Shown: piece after piece, positions 25,945 to 40,570 of the stretch
Numbering within the stretch: position 1 is the first letter of the stretch
Layout: every line of letters begins with the position of its first letter
Assembly: GCA_951406725.2 (NCBI GenBank)
Contig: OX597830.1
Location: 14,694,001 to 14,758,000, forward strand
From: Octopus vulgaris
Lineage: Eukaryota
Length of the DNA: 64,000 nt
Direction of reading: 5' to 3'
Notes under the pieces: generated by a model
Told to the model about the DNA's origin: nothing
The model's input: only the letters and a program-made list of their open reading frames with translations
Databases searched by the model: none
Position numbers and translations under genes: made by a program

Positions 25945-26310
25945 GAGCGAACGGTCTTCGTCCCAGAGTTCGCAAGATGGGAGAAGTCCGAAACGTGGTC
26001 CTTTGCTATTCGTAAGACCCGCAGAAGAGAAAACAAGTCAACCCCCGACACCGAGAGCATCAACGGATGGATGAATGCGCATCCAGGCTCAGACGGTTGC
26101 ATAGGAAGTCGGAGACAAGAAACAGGAAGAAAGAGTGAGAGAAAGTTGGGGCGAAAGAGTACAACAGGGGTCGCCACCACCCCTGCCGGAGCCTCGTGGA
26201 GCTTTAGGTGTTTTCGCTCAATAAACACACACAATGCCCGGTCTGGGAATCGAAACCGCGATCCTCCGACAGCGAGTCCACTGCCCTAACCATTGGGCCA
26301 TTGCGCCTCC
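25945..26310 (-). mobile_element. SINE family C, tail type ii, ending in (CAGCAA)n-like tail
   Basis: Minus-strand head GGAGGCGCAATGGCCCAATGGTTAGGGCAG with GTTTCGATTCCC B-box; close match to 40590-40950. Confidence 0.9.
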
Positions 26311-27543
26311 TGTTGTTGCTCTTGTTGTTATTGTCGTTGCTGCTGCTGCTTACTTCCAGGTCAGCTGGAGTTTTTGTTTTGCGAAACTGCAGCCTATTAT
26401 TTCAGAAAGATGTGGAAGCTATTTCTTAGAGGTGATACAAATACTGTTTCAGTGGCTCACAAAATGGTAGCGTAACTTCACAGGTAACCTCTTGAGGAGT
26501 ATTTGAGCGAATTGCTGAGATCGGGAAACATGTAAGGAGGAGACGAAGATGCATTTGGAGGGAATCTGTATAGATAAATGCATTAAGCAGGCATGTGTGT
26601 AAGATGAATTGCATTCGGTAGGTTTGATAAACAGCTTTAATGTTCAAAGGAGTTGTGATTGCTTTAAAAAAAGGAAAGAGATGCAGAACAAAGAAAGTGT
26701 ATTTCGGTAAGTCAGTGCTATTTGCTTTTCTTTTTTTCCTTCTTTCCTCTATCATCTGCATTCTGTGTATAACAGCAGAACCATCCCAGATACATGAATG
26801 ATAGTTACCTTGGTTACAGTTGTTGTTCTTCCAGTTGCTGTTGTTGTTTACACCCAGTCAACCCTCGTTTAGTAAGCCTGTGATCAAAAGGTATCCCAAA
26901 CGTGATCATATTATCTTTATAAAACTACATTATCCAATACGATCTACCTTTTTTTAAAAAGAAATTTGAAGAGATAATCTGTGATATGAAAGAGATTTAG
27001 CTGCAGTTTTTGACAGGTGCACTGACCACGTAAAACCTTCCTTATTGGCTCAGTACTCGAATGTGGGTTTTTCTTGATATTTTCAGGTTATCAGAGCCAA
27101 AAGATTTTTGGGACTTGTATACACTGTACATAATTTTACATTGTTGTATAACTGAGGTTGTCTAGAAAGATCGTCAAAAATTATGAGCCCTGCAACTGAA
27201 GCAAATGTTAAGGCTTACATTTGATATCGATTATATTTATTGAGAGTTTGGGAATGTATTTGTTGTATACCAGGAGACTACATTGCAGCTATGCTGTGGA
27301 GAATGTTTTGTACGTAGAACAACTTCAAGTTTGAGGCGTGGAATATGGGTGAATACGTTTGAGCGTGAAACTGGAAAAGTGGTAGGGATGATATCATTTG
27401 CTTCAGTATGTGGTGAATACAGGGAATTGTTTAATACCAAATTATTCCTGATGAACCAAATACAGGTGGCGAATTGGTAAAGTCCATAGAATGTAGGATA
27501 AAAGTTGTGACTTTTTTGCAGTTCCTGATAAATACTTTCAATG

Positions 27544-27760
27544 AAATATTCCAACAATTAATTCTTGAAATTTCTGTTAAAGATGAAATATTCTGTTTTT
27601 GTATTAATAACATATCTCGTGATATTATTTAACTGTGAAAATATCCTTGGGATTGTGTTTACTTTTGCTAATGTATTAGTTAGATTAAGGATCTTTTCAG
27701 TTTGAACGGCAGTTTTTTCTAGCGGTGTCATATGAAATTGTCACCCATAATTATGACCCT
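27544..27760 (+). repeat. 145-bp unit plus one truncated MITE end
   Basis: 27544-27688 matches 28517-28663 and 29095-29239; 27689-27760 matches the MITE terminus. Confidence 0.85.
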
Positions 27761-28059
27761 CAGATACACATGGCCCTACAAGAAAAATAATACTGCGCGT
27801 CATTAGAAGATTTCATCTGGTGATAAAGCCAATTATTAATGATGGTTTGGATCAGTATATATCATCTACGAAATATTGAAAGAGAAAGCAGTAGCGTCGG
27901 AAATATGAAAATCTGAGGTGAGCTTGATAATCGACAGAGATAGATGGAGGTGAGAGAGAGAGAGAGAGGAGTTTGATAAGTGTGGGAGCTACAGCTAGAG
28001 GTAACTGTTTCAGAATAACAAGGGAAAACAACATTGCAACTTGTTATTTCATGCCTTAT

Positions 28060-28385
28060 GTTTAGATCACTCTCACCAACAATTCATCCCCTGCACCATG
28101 CGCCGGCTGTCTCCTTGCTTAGCGACACAGTCCAGCTTCTAACCACGGATGTGCTCTCTCATCAACGGAAATGTTCTACCACACCTACAGTCGCTTGTGC
28201 TCTTTTCAGTTGGCTTAGATCACACTTTTCTCCTTCTTACACATATTCTGCCATCATTACCCAGAATCCGTACTAACTACTACTGTATCCATTCTTTCTT
28301 CACCCAAACGACAGTCTTTGGAATTCCCTGTGTTTTTTTTTCCTGCTGCCATATATCTGCAGTTGTTAATCCGCGTCGATCCCAC
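28060..28385 (+). mobile_element. CR1/Jockey-group LINE ORF2 C-terminal remnant
   Basis: LPRIRTNYY..SFFTQT..(W)NSL-like terminal motif, frameshifted. Confidence 0.5.
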
Positions 28386-28663
28386 TATTGAAGTATATTT
28401 AGAAAAATGAACTGTATTCATTAGCAGGTGAGTGAAAAGGAACTCCACAACTAGAGAGCAGAGTAAATATGCTAATCACTTATCACATTTTTTCATACTG
28501 ATCAATACTTAAAATGAAATATTTTAACAATTAATTCTTGAGATTTCTGCTAAAGATAAAATATTCTGTTTTTGTATTAATAAAATATCTCGTGATATTA
28601 TTTAACTGTGAAAAAATATCCTTGGGATTGTGTTTACTTTTGCTAATGTATAAGTTAGATTAG

Positions 28664-29094
28664 GGATCCTTTCGGCTTGAACGGCAGTTTTTTTCTAGCG
28701 GTGTCATATGAAATTGTCACCCATAATTATGACCTTAGTATCGATCTATTGCATTTCAATCTGTTTTAGGGTTAGGGTTAGTTAGGGTTAGTGGTAGGGA
28801 GAAGGGTATCTTTGTTTCTTCACAAATGTAAATAAACCCAATATGTTTCTTAAACGAGGGACATATTCATACGACACAGAATGTTTTTTTTTTACCTCAA
28901 TAGACGTCATTGATTGGTTGAAATTGGAGAAATTGAAGAAAAAAACAAGAAATATCTTACAAACTATAGAATATCCTCAATAAAGCCAAGAGAAAAAGAT
29001 GTTTTATAAACACATTCTACCAGTATACGAAATTGAAAATTTTTTAGTTACCTAGAAATTATGTTAAAAACTGCCGGTCAAACCGAAAAGATCC
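28664..29094 (-). mobile_element. TTAGGG-containing MITE, full copy in opposite orientation to 10312-10731
   Basis: TIRs GGATCCTTTCGGCTTGAACGGCAG and CTGCCGGTCAAACCGAAAAGATCC; TTAGGGTTAGGGTTAGTTAGGGTTAG at ~28767-28791. Confidence 0.9.
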
Positions 29095-29719
29095 AAATAT
29101 TCCAACAATTAATTCTTAAGATTTCTGTTAAGGATAAAATATTCTCTTTTTGTATTAATAACATATCTCGTGATATTATTTCACTGTGAAAATATCCTTG
29201 GGATTGTGTTTACTTTTGCTAATGTATAAGTTAGATTAGTCTGAAGTGCTTATTGTTGTTTGCTGTTGTCTGTAGTTGTTGTTTTGTCCTCTTTTTAACC
29301 TACTGGTAAGCATTATTTCATAGTTTAACTCCCAACATGATACGCTGTCAAAGAATTCATAGCAGCTTAGTAATCTTAATTAATATTGTTCAATGTATAT
29401 AAAATTGTGGTTTGTATGTGTATGCATGTGCGAATGTGTATTATAGAAATTGTAGAGGAGACAACTGCTAATGTGGTATTTCAGTAGACTGAAGTGCTGA
29501 TGCCACATACGTGATATTTTGGCAGAACTGAGTAGAATGAATTTAATAAATAAATATATAAAATTACGTGTTCATTATCAACAAGTTGGCAATGAAAAAG
29601 ATACGGCGGCAAAAAGGACGGTAAATTTAAGGAAGTGATAATTGTAACAGACTAAAAGTCGATTAAGAAAAGCGGAAGAGTTGAATTAGAATAGTCATAT
29701 TGAGAAGAAGAAAAAAGAG

Positions 29720-29765
<46 letters not shown>

Positions 29766-30915
29766 TGAGGGGGGAAGAGAAGGAGAGAGAAGTAATCTAT
29801 CGGAAACTATTTTACATATAAAAAGAAATCAAGAAACAAAGCAAGACTAACGCAAATGTGAGTGGTGTTAAAAGAAAAGTAGAAAGTGGAGAAGAAGTGA
29901 GAGTGAAGTAGAGATGGAAGGTGCTATGTGTATGGTATGGATGGTGGTGGTGGGGGTGGGGGTAGGTAGGAATAAAACTAAGAAACAAAGTAGGCTGAAA
30001 TAATCAGTAAGAGTAGAAATAGAAATTAAGTATGTAAAAAAAAAAAAAAAGAAAAAGATTGAGAAGTAAAGAATACAGATAAATTGCTGCAGAAAAGACA
30101 GAAATGATGCAAGATTTTACGAAGGTAAAAAAAAAACATAAAACAAAACAACAACAAAAAAACACGAAAATAGAGCATTTAGGAATATCTGAACGTTAAA
30201 TGAAATCATCGGGAAGAAATCTTGACGAATGAAAAAAAAAATTGAAAAATAACAAAGGCAAGCGATGGTTTGATCAGAAAATCTAAACGTGCAATGGTGT
30301 TGCCAGGTAGATTCCGTCCAAAGAAATTTCCATTTGATAAGTGCATTAATTTACACCAGTAAGTAGATATATCTTGCAAATAATTGTAATTTAATTATAT
30401 TAAGGTTTTGTTACGATTTCAAAGAATTTGGAATAAAATACAACGTAAAGTCACAGTGTGTATGTATGTGTCAGAACACGTTAACGCTTTTTTTTTCTTC
30501 TAAACTTTTTAATGAATTCAAAAAGAATTATTTTGCAAGGTAATTCCTGATGAATATTTCAACAGTCACACACTACACACCTTTTCTACCACTGATCTTC
30601 TTTACTTATCAGTTCATCTTAATAGGCGCTCTGCATTAAGTTGCATCAGGCCAAACAGAAATCTTTTACAGAATTTTATTTTATTTATTTAGTTATTTTC
30701 ATCTTTTGCAGTTGTGTATAACCGAGATTAAAATTCCTGAAAAAAAGTGTGAAAAAGAAAGTTATTCAGAGGAAAAGAAAAATGCCTGCATTAGATTTTG
30801 TTGACATTTCTGAAGAATATATTCCGTGTATTATTTTTTTAACAAACTTTGCTCCCTACAAACCGAAAAGTTTAAAGCTCGGTAAAATACAAAGAATATT
30901 TTCCGCAAACTTTAT

Positions 30916-31310
30916 AGGTGCAGGCGTGGCTGTGTGATAAAAAGCTTGCTTCCTAACCACTTGGTTCCAGGTTCAGTCCCACTGCGCGGCACCTTGAGCA
31001 GGTGTCTTCAACTATAACCTCAGGCCGACGAAAGCCTTGTCAGTGGATTTGGTACACGGAAACTGAAAGAAGCTCGTCGTATTTATACGCAATGTGCATG
31101 TGTATTTTTGTGTCTGTGTTTGCCCCCTCACCACCACAACTGTTTGACAAACGGCGTTAGAGTGTTTACAGCCCCGTAACATAGCAATTTGGCATAGAAA
31201 CCGAAATAATAAGCACCTGGCTTCGAAAATTTAAGCATCGGAGTCGATTCATTCGACTAAAAATTCTTCAGTGGCTGTAGCCTAATAACTGAACGAAATA
31301 GAAGAGAAAA
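30916..31310 (+). mobile_element. SINE family B, diverged full length
   Basis: AGGTGCAGGCGTGGCTGTGTG...GGAAACTGAAAGAAGC...GTCGATTCATTCGACT. Confidence 0.85.
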
Positions 31311-31586
31311 ATCCAGTCGTCTATATTTTTCAAATTACACGAATAACTATTTTCTGCTGGTGACTAAGGTACAAAACTCAAATTTGATGATGACAGAACC
31401 TCTACGTGGTCCATCCATCAGCTAATACTAGCAGCCAATTCTCATTCAAAGCATGCTCTAAAGTACACAAACAAAAAAATGACTAGAAAACATTGGATAA
31501 CGTAGACACAGATACGCAATAACTCGGAATTCAGCGAGATGGCTATGGCCGAAATTATTTCATAAGTATGTTCAATGAAGGATACC

Positions 31587-31629
<43 letters not shown>

Positions 31630-31774
31630 GTTCTGAGTTCAAATTCCGCCGATGTCGACTTTGCCTTTCATCCTTTCGGGGTCGATAAATTAAGTACCAG
31701 TTGCGAACTGGGGTCGATCTAATCGACTGGTCCCCTTCCCCAAAATTTCGGGTCTTGTGCCTAGAGTAGAAAAG

Positions 31775-31775
<1 letters not shown>
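31630..31775 (+). mobile_element. SINE family A variant, 5'-truncated, in (ATT)n
   Basis: GTTCTGAGTTCAAATTCCGCC...GTGCCTAGAGTAGAAAAGATTATT. Confidence 0.85.
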
Positions 31776-32535
<760 letters not shown>

Positions 32536-33045
32536 GAGTGAGAGAGCAGTGCATGCCATCAAAGTGACACTGGGGTAAAATATACGAAGCCCAATATACC
32601 CATCATGACTACCCGTCTGATAAACGTACACCAGGCACATGCATCACAACCATATGTGCGCGACATGGTGATCTCATATCAAGATAAACAGCACATGACC
32701 TTGCAGGTGGGGCCCAGTTAGAATTTTCTTCAGGTTGAGTAGCCCATCCCGCTCAAAAGATCTCTGAATAAGGGTTGTTTAAGGATGTTGAAAGAACCAC
32801 CCATGTTTCCAGAGGTGAATTATTCAAATCCCAAAGAATCCCTCTCAACACATGGCTATGATGCTCCCCCACTACTTCTGCTCGTGATCAGAGATGCACA
32901 TATTATCAGCCACTAAGGGACATGCTCAACTGGTTTAAGGTCAAACAACTGACAAGCAAATCTGTGGTATTGAGCAGAATATTTGCTGTAGCCCATCTTT
33001 TATACCAAGACAAAACAATGTACATGATAACACTTCCAATCATTA
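32536..33045 (-). mobile_element. probable LINE 3' end with (AAT)n tail, between ATT arrays
   Basis: Complex 500-bp segment with sharp boundaries inside (ATT)n tracts; family assignment is inference only. Confidence 0.45.
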
Positions 33046-33069
33046 TTCTGCTGATTGATTATTATAATA

Positions 33070-33155
<86 letters not shown>

Positions 33156-33259
33156 CACAACAAGCTGTACAGAAATTGCTTAGAGTTTCGGTCGCCTTCC
33201 ATCCTAACCACATTGCCACCCCATCATAATCAGTGCTGAAGTACTAGACACTCTATACT

Positions 33260-34420
33260 AGTAGACCGACTGCGTTCGATGCTTTCAGCCTCACTTACAC
33301 GCATTTGCCATTGGATACCCAATACACTGTAGAAAGGCTGAAAGTGAAATCACACAAACTTTCCATATGTCTCCGGCAAGTAATCTCGGTCTCACATGCA
33401 TATAGCAACGAAAACAAAACAGAAATATTGTAGACACCCGACTTTGTCTTAAGTGGAATTCCATGTTGAGGCTATAAACATCTCTCAAATTTTTCACATG
33501 CACATCTCTAGCTTTCTTGAATCGGAGCGAAATTTCACCTTGAAGAGTATTTGTCAAATTCACATCACTGTCTAAACGCACGAATTTATCCACAGCACGC
33601 AATTTATGTCCATACACATAAATTTGGGGCTCAGTGTAGACTTTACTTAGTGCTGATTTGTACATAAGGACTCATTTTTTTAGACGCCATGCACATTATG
33701 TTATCGAGGAGTTCATAAGATGCTGCATGCCATTGAGCAACAATATAATAGTCATTATCATACAAGAATTCACGTATTAGTGATGGAAACAGATTTGTTG
33801 TGGAAGCAAACCGTCTTATATTCAGCATGAAATGCTGACCCAATGTAAACAACTATCAAAAGACTTTGTAAAGTTCAATCCGAACAAGGTTGGCCCTCCT
33901 ATATCCCCTTGCTTAACACCATTCTCTCTTAATATTTGATCGGTGAACTTACCACGTTGTCACATGTATTTATTCCATAATGAAGAATTCTAAGCATAGA
34001 AGAAAACATATCAAGACACTCGAGCCTCTTCAGAATGTTCCATAAGACAATGCTATTCATTGTATCAAAACTCTAACTTACATAACGAACGACTTGATAC
34101 AAGTCCATCTTCTGCTCAAATTTATTGTAATTGCCTGGCAGAAAGGATCATATGGTTGTCACCATGCCATTTGTGAAATCACAGTGAGACTGAGAGAACC
34201 TCATCAACGATGTTTTTGAATACTCTACTATACTTCCCTATACAACACCTTGCCAACAGAGAGAAGCGATACTCCATTGTAATTACCACAGTCTTCCTAC
34301 CCACCTACCCGTTTATAGAGAATCAAAATCAGCGCATCTTTCCAATAATTTTGTATTAATTCTGTTTGAGATTGAAGCACACTCTCGCTTCCATGATACA
34401 GCTCAGAAATCCCAGACTAC
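33260..34420 (-). mobile_element. decayed RTE-clade LINE RT fragment
   Basis: GVKQGDIGGPTLF, LIREFLYDND (decayed YADD), KLRAVDKFVRLDS..GEISLRFKKA, LYACET. Confidence 0.75.
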
Positions 34421-35094
34421 TTACTATTATATAGGTTTGGTTTTTACAGAATTTGGACCCGATTCAAGCGGAGGAGTTTCTGCTTATATATTTTTTAGTG
34501 ATCATGAAAGAAACTGAGCCAATAGACTCATCAGCCTGAGAAAGCTTATTTAAAAGTTCTTTGGCAAGAATATCTTTAGGATCTTTAGGATCTCTGAGCA
34601 GTTACTTGCTATCCTGACTACACAGAGAAGCTACATCAGAGAGTGATTGTTTTCGCTTTGTTGAACGTAGTTAATTTTAGTTTTCAACGCATTATTTTAG
34701 TTACGAGACACTCTGTTTTTATTATTTTCATATTTCGCACACAGAAGGTTCCACGGCATATTGTCAATTAAATGCTTGGATAAGATAATCTTAATTGATC
34801 GATGTTTCTCAAATTATGTTACTTATCTGACACCCTACTTCACACACACATACACACAAGCACACACACACACACATACACACACACACTTGTATCTACG
34901 TGTATATACATAGAAACACTCTTACACATACATATACAGATGTATATATATATAGAGAGATTATATCCACACACACCCACGCGCATAAATATATATATAT
35001 GTACATGAACGTATATATGTGTGTATGTGTGTGTAAGAGTATATATATTTATACATACATATATACATATATACATACATATATATATATATAC

Positions 35095-35145
<51 letters not shown>

Positions 35146-37063
35146 AATATACTGTACATATATATACACACAATGTTCGAAAATACACTTAAAAATGACG
35201 ATATTTCAGTTACTATTGAAATAATGACTAGTGAATGTGTGGACGTAAAGGTCACTGGAGTTCGATGATATTGCCTGGAGAACGATCTCATGCTTAGCTG
35301 TAACGAATTATTTCAATAGACTTCTAGCTGAGAATTTAGATTCTTTGCATTATGAAACTTTTCCGTTTCATATTTAAATACGACGTATTATATTAGTAGC
35401 GACCAGTACTGCTTTCTTGTATTCTCCTAAACTTTTGACTGTATTGCTTTTATTTTAAATTTTAATTTTGCCACAGCAAATATTCGCGTTTCATTTAATC
35501 ATATTTTTATTGTTTCTTCATTGTTAAAAGACAAACAACATCCACCAATTTTCTTCTTTGTCGTTCAATAGTTGTTGTTGAATAATGAAGCTATTTTTGT
35601 TTACTCCTTTCATTGTTTGTTAGTAAACAATACTTGTTCAAGTTTAATTTGTTCTCTTTGTATGAACGAATCAAAACAATGCAGCAGATCTATCAGCTTC
35701 TAAAGCCTTCCTTTTCTTATTCTCTGATTTCGGTGGGCCCGCATTGTCTTCTTCAACTTGCTAATATTTACTGCAATATTTTAAGTAGCACGGGGAACTA
35801 CTAAGTTGCTCATATTAACTTATTTAATTAGCTAACAAATTATCTAATTGACTGGAGTGCAGAGAAGAACAATAAAAATTAACAAACGATGGAATAAAAG
35901 AGAGAGAGTTAAAGAGCAAGTCCGTCATATTCTCTAATGTTTATAATTTCAAATTACAAATCATTCCATATTTTACATGGTATTACAATTATTAGAGTAA
36001 AAAGAAGAGCGAAAGTTTACAATGTAAAATTAAAGAAGAAATATATTGATAACTCTTGGAATGGGGTCTGTTTATGAAACATGTTTAATCAAAGAGATAT
36101 TTGCTGTTGCAATATAATAATCAAATACGTCAATCTCTACAGTTTAGCGCACTCGATGCTGCAAAAGAAATGAGGAACTTCGGCGCAACAGTTAAGATGC
36201 TCGAAACTGGATCATAATTTTCACTTAACTTTACAATGTCTTTAATTGCGCCTTTAAAATTAAAAAAAATGATGATTAATTATAATAAATAAAACTAATT
36301 TAGAGAGCAAAGTCTTATTTTGTTTATGTACTCATCCACATCAGGCGTCCCCTCTTCATCAACAATATCATTATTATCATTGATAATCTCTTACGTAATT
36401 TCTTAAGGCAAAGTTAAGGTAGAATTATTAATTGATGATGTTAATCCTTAATGAGAATAATTCTTATAATATTTTTAATAACATTAATTATTCCATTTAA
36501 TTTTTGGCAAAGGGCCAGCAATTTTGAGGAGAGCTGGAAGTCAATTACATTGACGATGGAATACGATGGAATAACTACTAGGCTTACGAAGAATAAGTCG
36601 TGGGGTCGATTTGCTCGACTAAAGGCGGTGCTCCAGCATGGCCGAAGTCAATTACATTGACTTCAGTACTCATCGTGTGTATATTTTATCGATCACTAAA
36701 TGATGGAAAGCAAAGTTGACCTCGGCGTTAACTGAACTCGGAAAGTAAAGAGCCGAAGAAAAGTATTTTGTCCGAGTTGTTAACGAGTGAGAAAATTCGA
36801 AGCCTCATGATAGTAATAATGATAATAACAACAACAATTACAAGACTAACAACAACAATGGCTCGGGTTGAACGCGTTGAGCTTCCCTACCCTGAAAAAT
36901 TCAATAACATTACCAAATCAAAACTCAGAATTAACAATAAAATGTAATAAAGCAATTACATAGGAATCCAGCATGCCCAGCTGACCCTTATTCTATGTAT
37001 AGCAAGAATTTAATTCACAAGGAATATTGTTAAATAATTTGCAATAGTATAAAAGATCAGTTT

Positions 37064-37230
37064 AAGACGGCGAGCTGATAGAATCTTTAACACGCCTGGC
37101 AAAACTCTTAGAGTCACCTGAGTTCAAATTCTGCTGAGATCCACTTTGCCTTTTATGCTTTTGGGGATCGATGTAACAGACTTACCCCTCCCCCAAAATT
37201 GATGGCCTTGAGCCAAAATTTGAAATCAAT
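37064..37230 (+). mobile_element. SINE family A variant, degenerate
   Basis: AAGACGGCGAGCTGATAGAATC...GAGTTCAAATTC...GCCAAAATTTGAAA. Confidence 0.75.
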
Positions 37231-37241
37231 ATTATAAGCGA

Positions 37242-37736
37242 AATCTCTAATTAGATTTGATGACCAGATCTTATGCATATCATTACAGGCTGACCAGGCC
37301 ATACCCTTTCTAGTTAGAAAATCTTCAAAGCCACAGTCGAACTAATTCTACTATATGGCTCAGAAACCTGGAAGCTCGAGAGGCGGTTGGTTGGAACTTA
37401 CACTCGCCTCCTTATGAGAGCTCAAAATCTCTCGTGGAAGCGTCATCCAACCAAAGTACAAATATATGGGAAATTACCACCTGTATCATCTCTTGTGAAA
37501 GGTAGAAGAGTCCAGTTTGCTGGACATTGTTGTAGAGCTGAAAACGAAGTAATTTCTACTCTTCTCCTCTGGAAGCCATCTGCTCGCGATACCAGAGGGC
37601 GCACACTCTCCTACCCTGATGTAATCTCCAGGGATACAGGCATCCAGCAACAGGACCTCCGTAATGCTATGATGGACCGTGAAGTCTGGCGTAACATAGT
37701 GAATTCCATTGCCTCGACCACGGTCGAACAATGATG
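37242..37736 (+). mobile_element. 5'-truncated, 5'-inverted RTE/RTE-X-type LINE with 11-bp TSD
   Basis: TSD ATTATAAGCGA at 37231-37241 and 37737-37747. Forward peptide LEIFKATVE..LLYGSETW...FAGHCCR...DREVWR with (TGA) tail; inverted 5' piece encodes RKGMAWSACNDMHKIWSSNLIRD. Confidence 0.9.
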
Positions 37737-38275
37737 ATTATAAGCGATCAGTGTTTGGGAGCCAAAGCTGGAGCGAGCCTTTGACTGCACTTAAATCAGA
37801 ACGATTCCATCCAATAAGTACAACTAATACCCAACACACAAGTACTATACATGTGAGGATTATAAAAATAATGTTTTAGTTAAACAACAGATAGTTGTTT
37901 GTACAAGTAGACACTTGGGACAAATGAGTTGAGAAAAATGGTAAAGAATTTTTGGATTCAAACGAAACAGACCAAATTAAGCGATCGTTTAGACAAAAAA
38001 AACACATTCTTTTCTAAAATCAAATCATGTCTACATGATTCAATCAACAACAATAAACTATTTACTAAGCACTGTTTATGATACTAATATCGTTGCATAT
38101 GTAACTTAAGGAGACCGTTACACTAAGGAAAGAAAGTGTTGGCGGTCACTAGCAACAATAACGTTGATGATAATAGTGGTAAGGAAAAAGAGAAGGGAGA
38201 AAGTTAATTACGATTGACAGAGTTACCACCACACCATTAATTACTATGACATTATGTATTTTCCATAAACATACT

Positions 38276-38670
38276 AGGCACAGGAGTGGCTGTATGGTAA
38301 GTACCTTGCTTACCAGCCACATTGTTCCGTGGCATCCTAGGCAAGTGTCTTCTTCTATAGCCTCGGGCCGACCAAAGCCTTGTGAGTGGATTTGGTAGAC
38401 GGAAACTGAAGGAAACCCGTCGTGTATATAAATATATATATATATATATATATACGTGTGTGTGTTTGTGTCTGTGTGTTTGTTCCTCTCAACATCGCTT
38501 GTCAACCGATGCTGGAGTGTTTACGTCCCCGTAACTTAGCGGTTCAGTAAAAGAGATACAATGGAATAAGTACTAGGCTTACGAAGAATAAGGCGTGGGG
38601 TCGATTTGCTCGACTAAAGGCGGTGCTCCAGCATGGCAGCAGTCACATAACTGAAACAAATAAATGAATA
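38276..38670 (+). mobile_element. SINE family B, full length
   Basis: Same head, core and tail as 15379-15790. Confidence 0.9.
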
Positions 38671-38687
38671 TCCTATTACTGTATCGA

Positions 38688-38950
38688 GGGTGCATAGCCA
38701 ATTGGTTTGGATGTTGCTCGCAAGTTCGTGGTTTCAATTACTAGACTAGCTGTTGCGTTGTGTTTTTGAGCAAAGCATTTAACCTCACGTTGACCTTCGA
38801 TCGTGTGGTACACTGTGCACCTGTTGAGGTAACACCAATTTAATAGAGTGTGTGAGCTAATGTACAACACATACGCTTGATCACTAGAAACAAATCATTT
38901 GTGCACGTTGTCCAGCAAGAAATTGTAGATCCACGTATCTCGGGTTACAG
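38688..38950 (+). mobile_element. diverged tRNA-SINE with CORE/V-like domain
   Basis: GGTGCATAGCCAATTGGTT...GGTTTCAATT...GTGTTTTTGAGCAAAGCATTTAACC. Confidence 0.5.
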
Positions 38951-40570
38951 GAAACTATTATCGTCTCCTTACTGAGATTAAAAACAGAATATTAGATTAT
39001 TAGAAACTGTTTTACTTAAGGCATGCCGACGTTTCATAAAGTAGAAACTGGTTAAACTTCCTTGGAATTAGTGAAAATGATTTCTTTTTGTCCCTAACCA
39101 CCGTTTGACAACTGGTGTTAGTTTGCTTACATCCCTGTAACTTAGCGGTTCGGCAAAATGGCTGATAGAACAAGTAGCAGACCGAAAAAGTGTTCTTGAG
39201 ATCGATTCATTCGACCCTTCAAGGTCCTGCCCCAGCATTGCTGCAGTGAAATGGATAACAATGAAAGATAAAAAAAAAAAACTGATTCAAAACGTAAGTT
39301 ACGTTTGAATGTATGAGTATGGTTTGTATAAGTTGGTGGTTTTGACAATGGTTTGTGTATTGTAATGGAAGTGACGAAAGCAGAGGTGATAGTGCTCACT
39401 GCTTTACGTATTAATGTTTTTTAATTGTTACTGTGATTTTATAGTGAAGATGAGTAAATCATGTTTCTCGTGGAATCCTTCCGGGTCCTCTTAGTGTATG
39501 TAAGTTTATTTGCAATCACGATTCGATAATACCTTAGTATGAGGTTCAGCAGTGGTTCTCTCATGAGGTGAACTCCAAAACACAAAGGTGTGTCTGTCCC
39601 TATCAGATGTCAAAGGAAATGAATGAAACAGAACGGTGAACAATGAAAACTGAATTGAAGTGTTGCATTCCTAGTATGTAGCAACACTATCACCTAGACA
39701 TATGAGTAGATATGAGGTATAACATTACTGAAAACAGACTTGTGAAATGTATGAAGGGTTATAAAAAAAAGACACCAATAAAATACAAAAACTGGAAATA
39801 TAATAAATCATCAACCGTATTCACATTGAATATTAAACAAAAACTCTGTATAAAACTGAGTTCTGTTGCCATAATTTAATTTAAATCATGGCAAGAGAAC
39901 CTACCATACATAAACCATAGATGTGAACCCTTTCTTGTCCATCTGGAGAGCAGAACAACTCACAACATACAATTCTATATTTAAGAGATGAGGAATTATG
40001 TACATTATTTACATTATTTACATTATTTACATTTGACGGATATTTGTCCTCAACTTGTTTGTTGTTAACACTACGCCATATGTCACGGGCATATGGCGTA
40101 GTGGTTAAGAGCGCGGGCTACTAACCCCAGATTCTGAGTTCAATCGGTCTCTTTGGCCGAACCGCTAGGTTACGGGGACGTAAACACACTAGCACTAGGT
40201 TGTCAAGCGATGTTAGGCGGACAAACACAGACACATAAATACACACACACATATATATAAACATATGCATATATACGAGGGGCTTCTTTCAGTTTCCGTC
40301 TACCAAATATGTACCAGTTGAATACTGGGGTCGAAGTAATCGACTTACCTCCTCCCATCAAATATCAGGTCATGCGCCTATTGTAGAAAGGATTATTACG
40401 TGATACTGCGGAGTAAGAAATGTCAGATATTACTGGTATTTTTTTATACGCTCACCGTAAAACATTAATAAAAGTTCTTACGCAAAAAGTAATTTTCTAT
40501 CATGTGTGGTCTTTCAAGGAGGGAAAATTTTGGAGCACTTGCATTTGAATCTTTCCAACTGCTTCTGATG

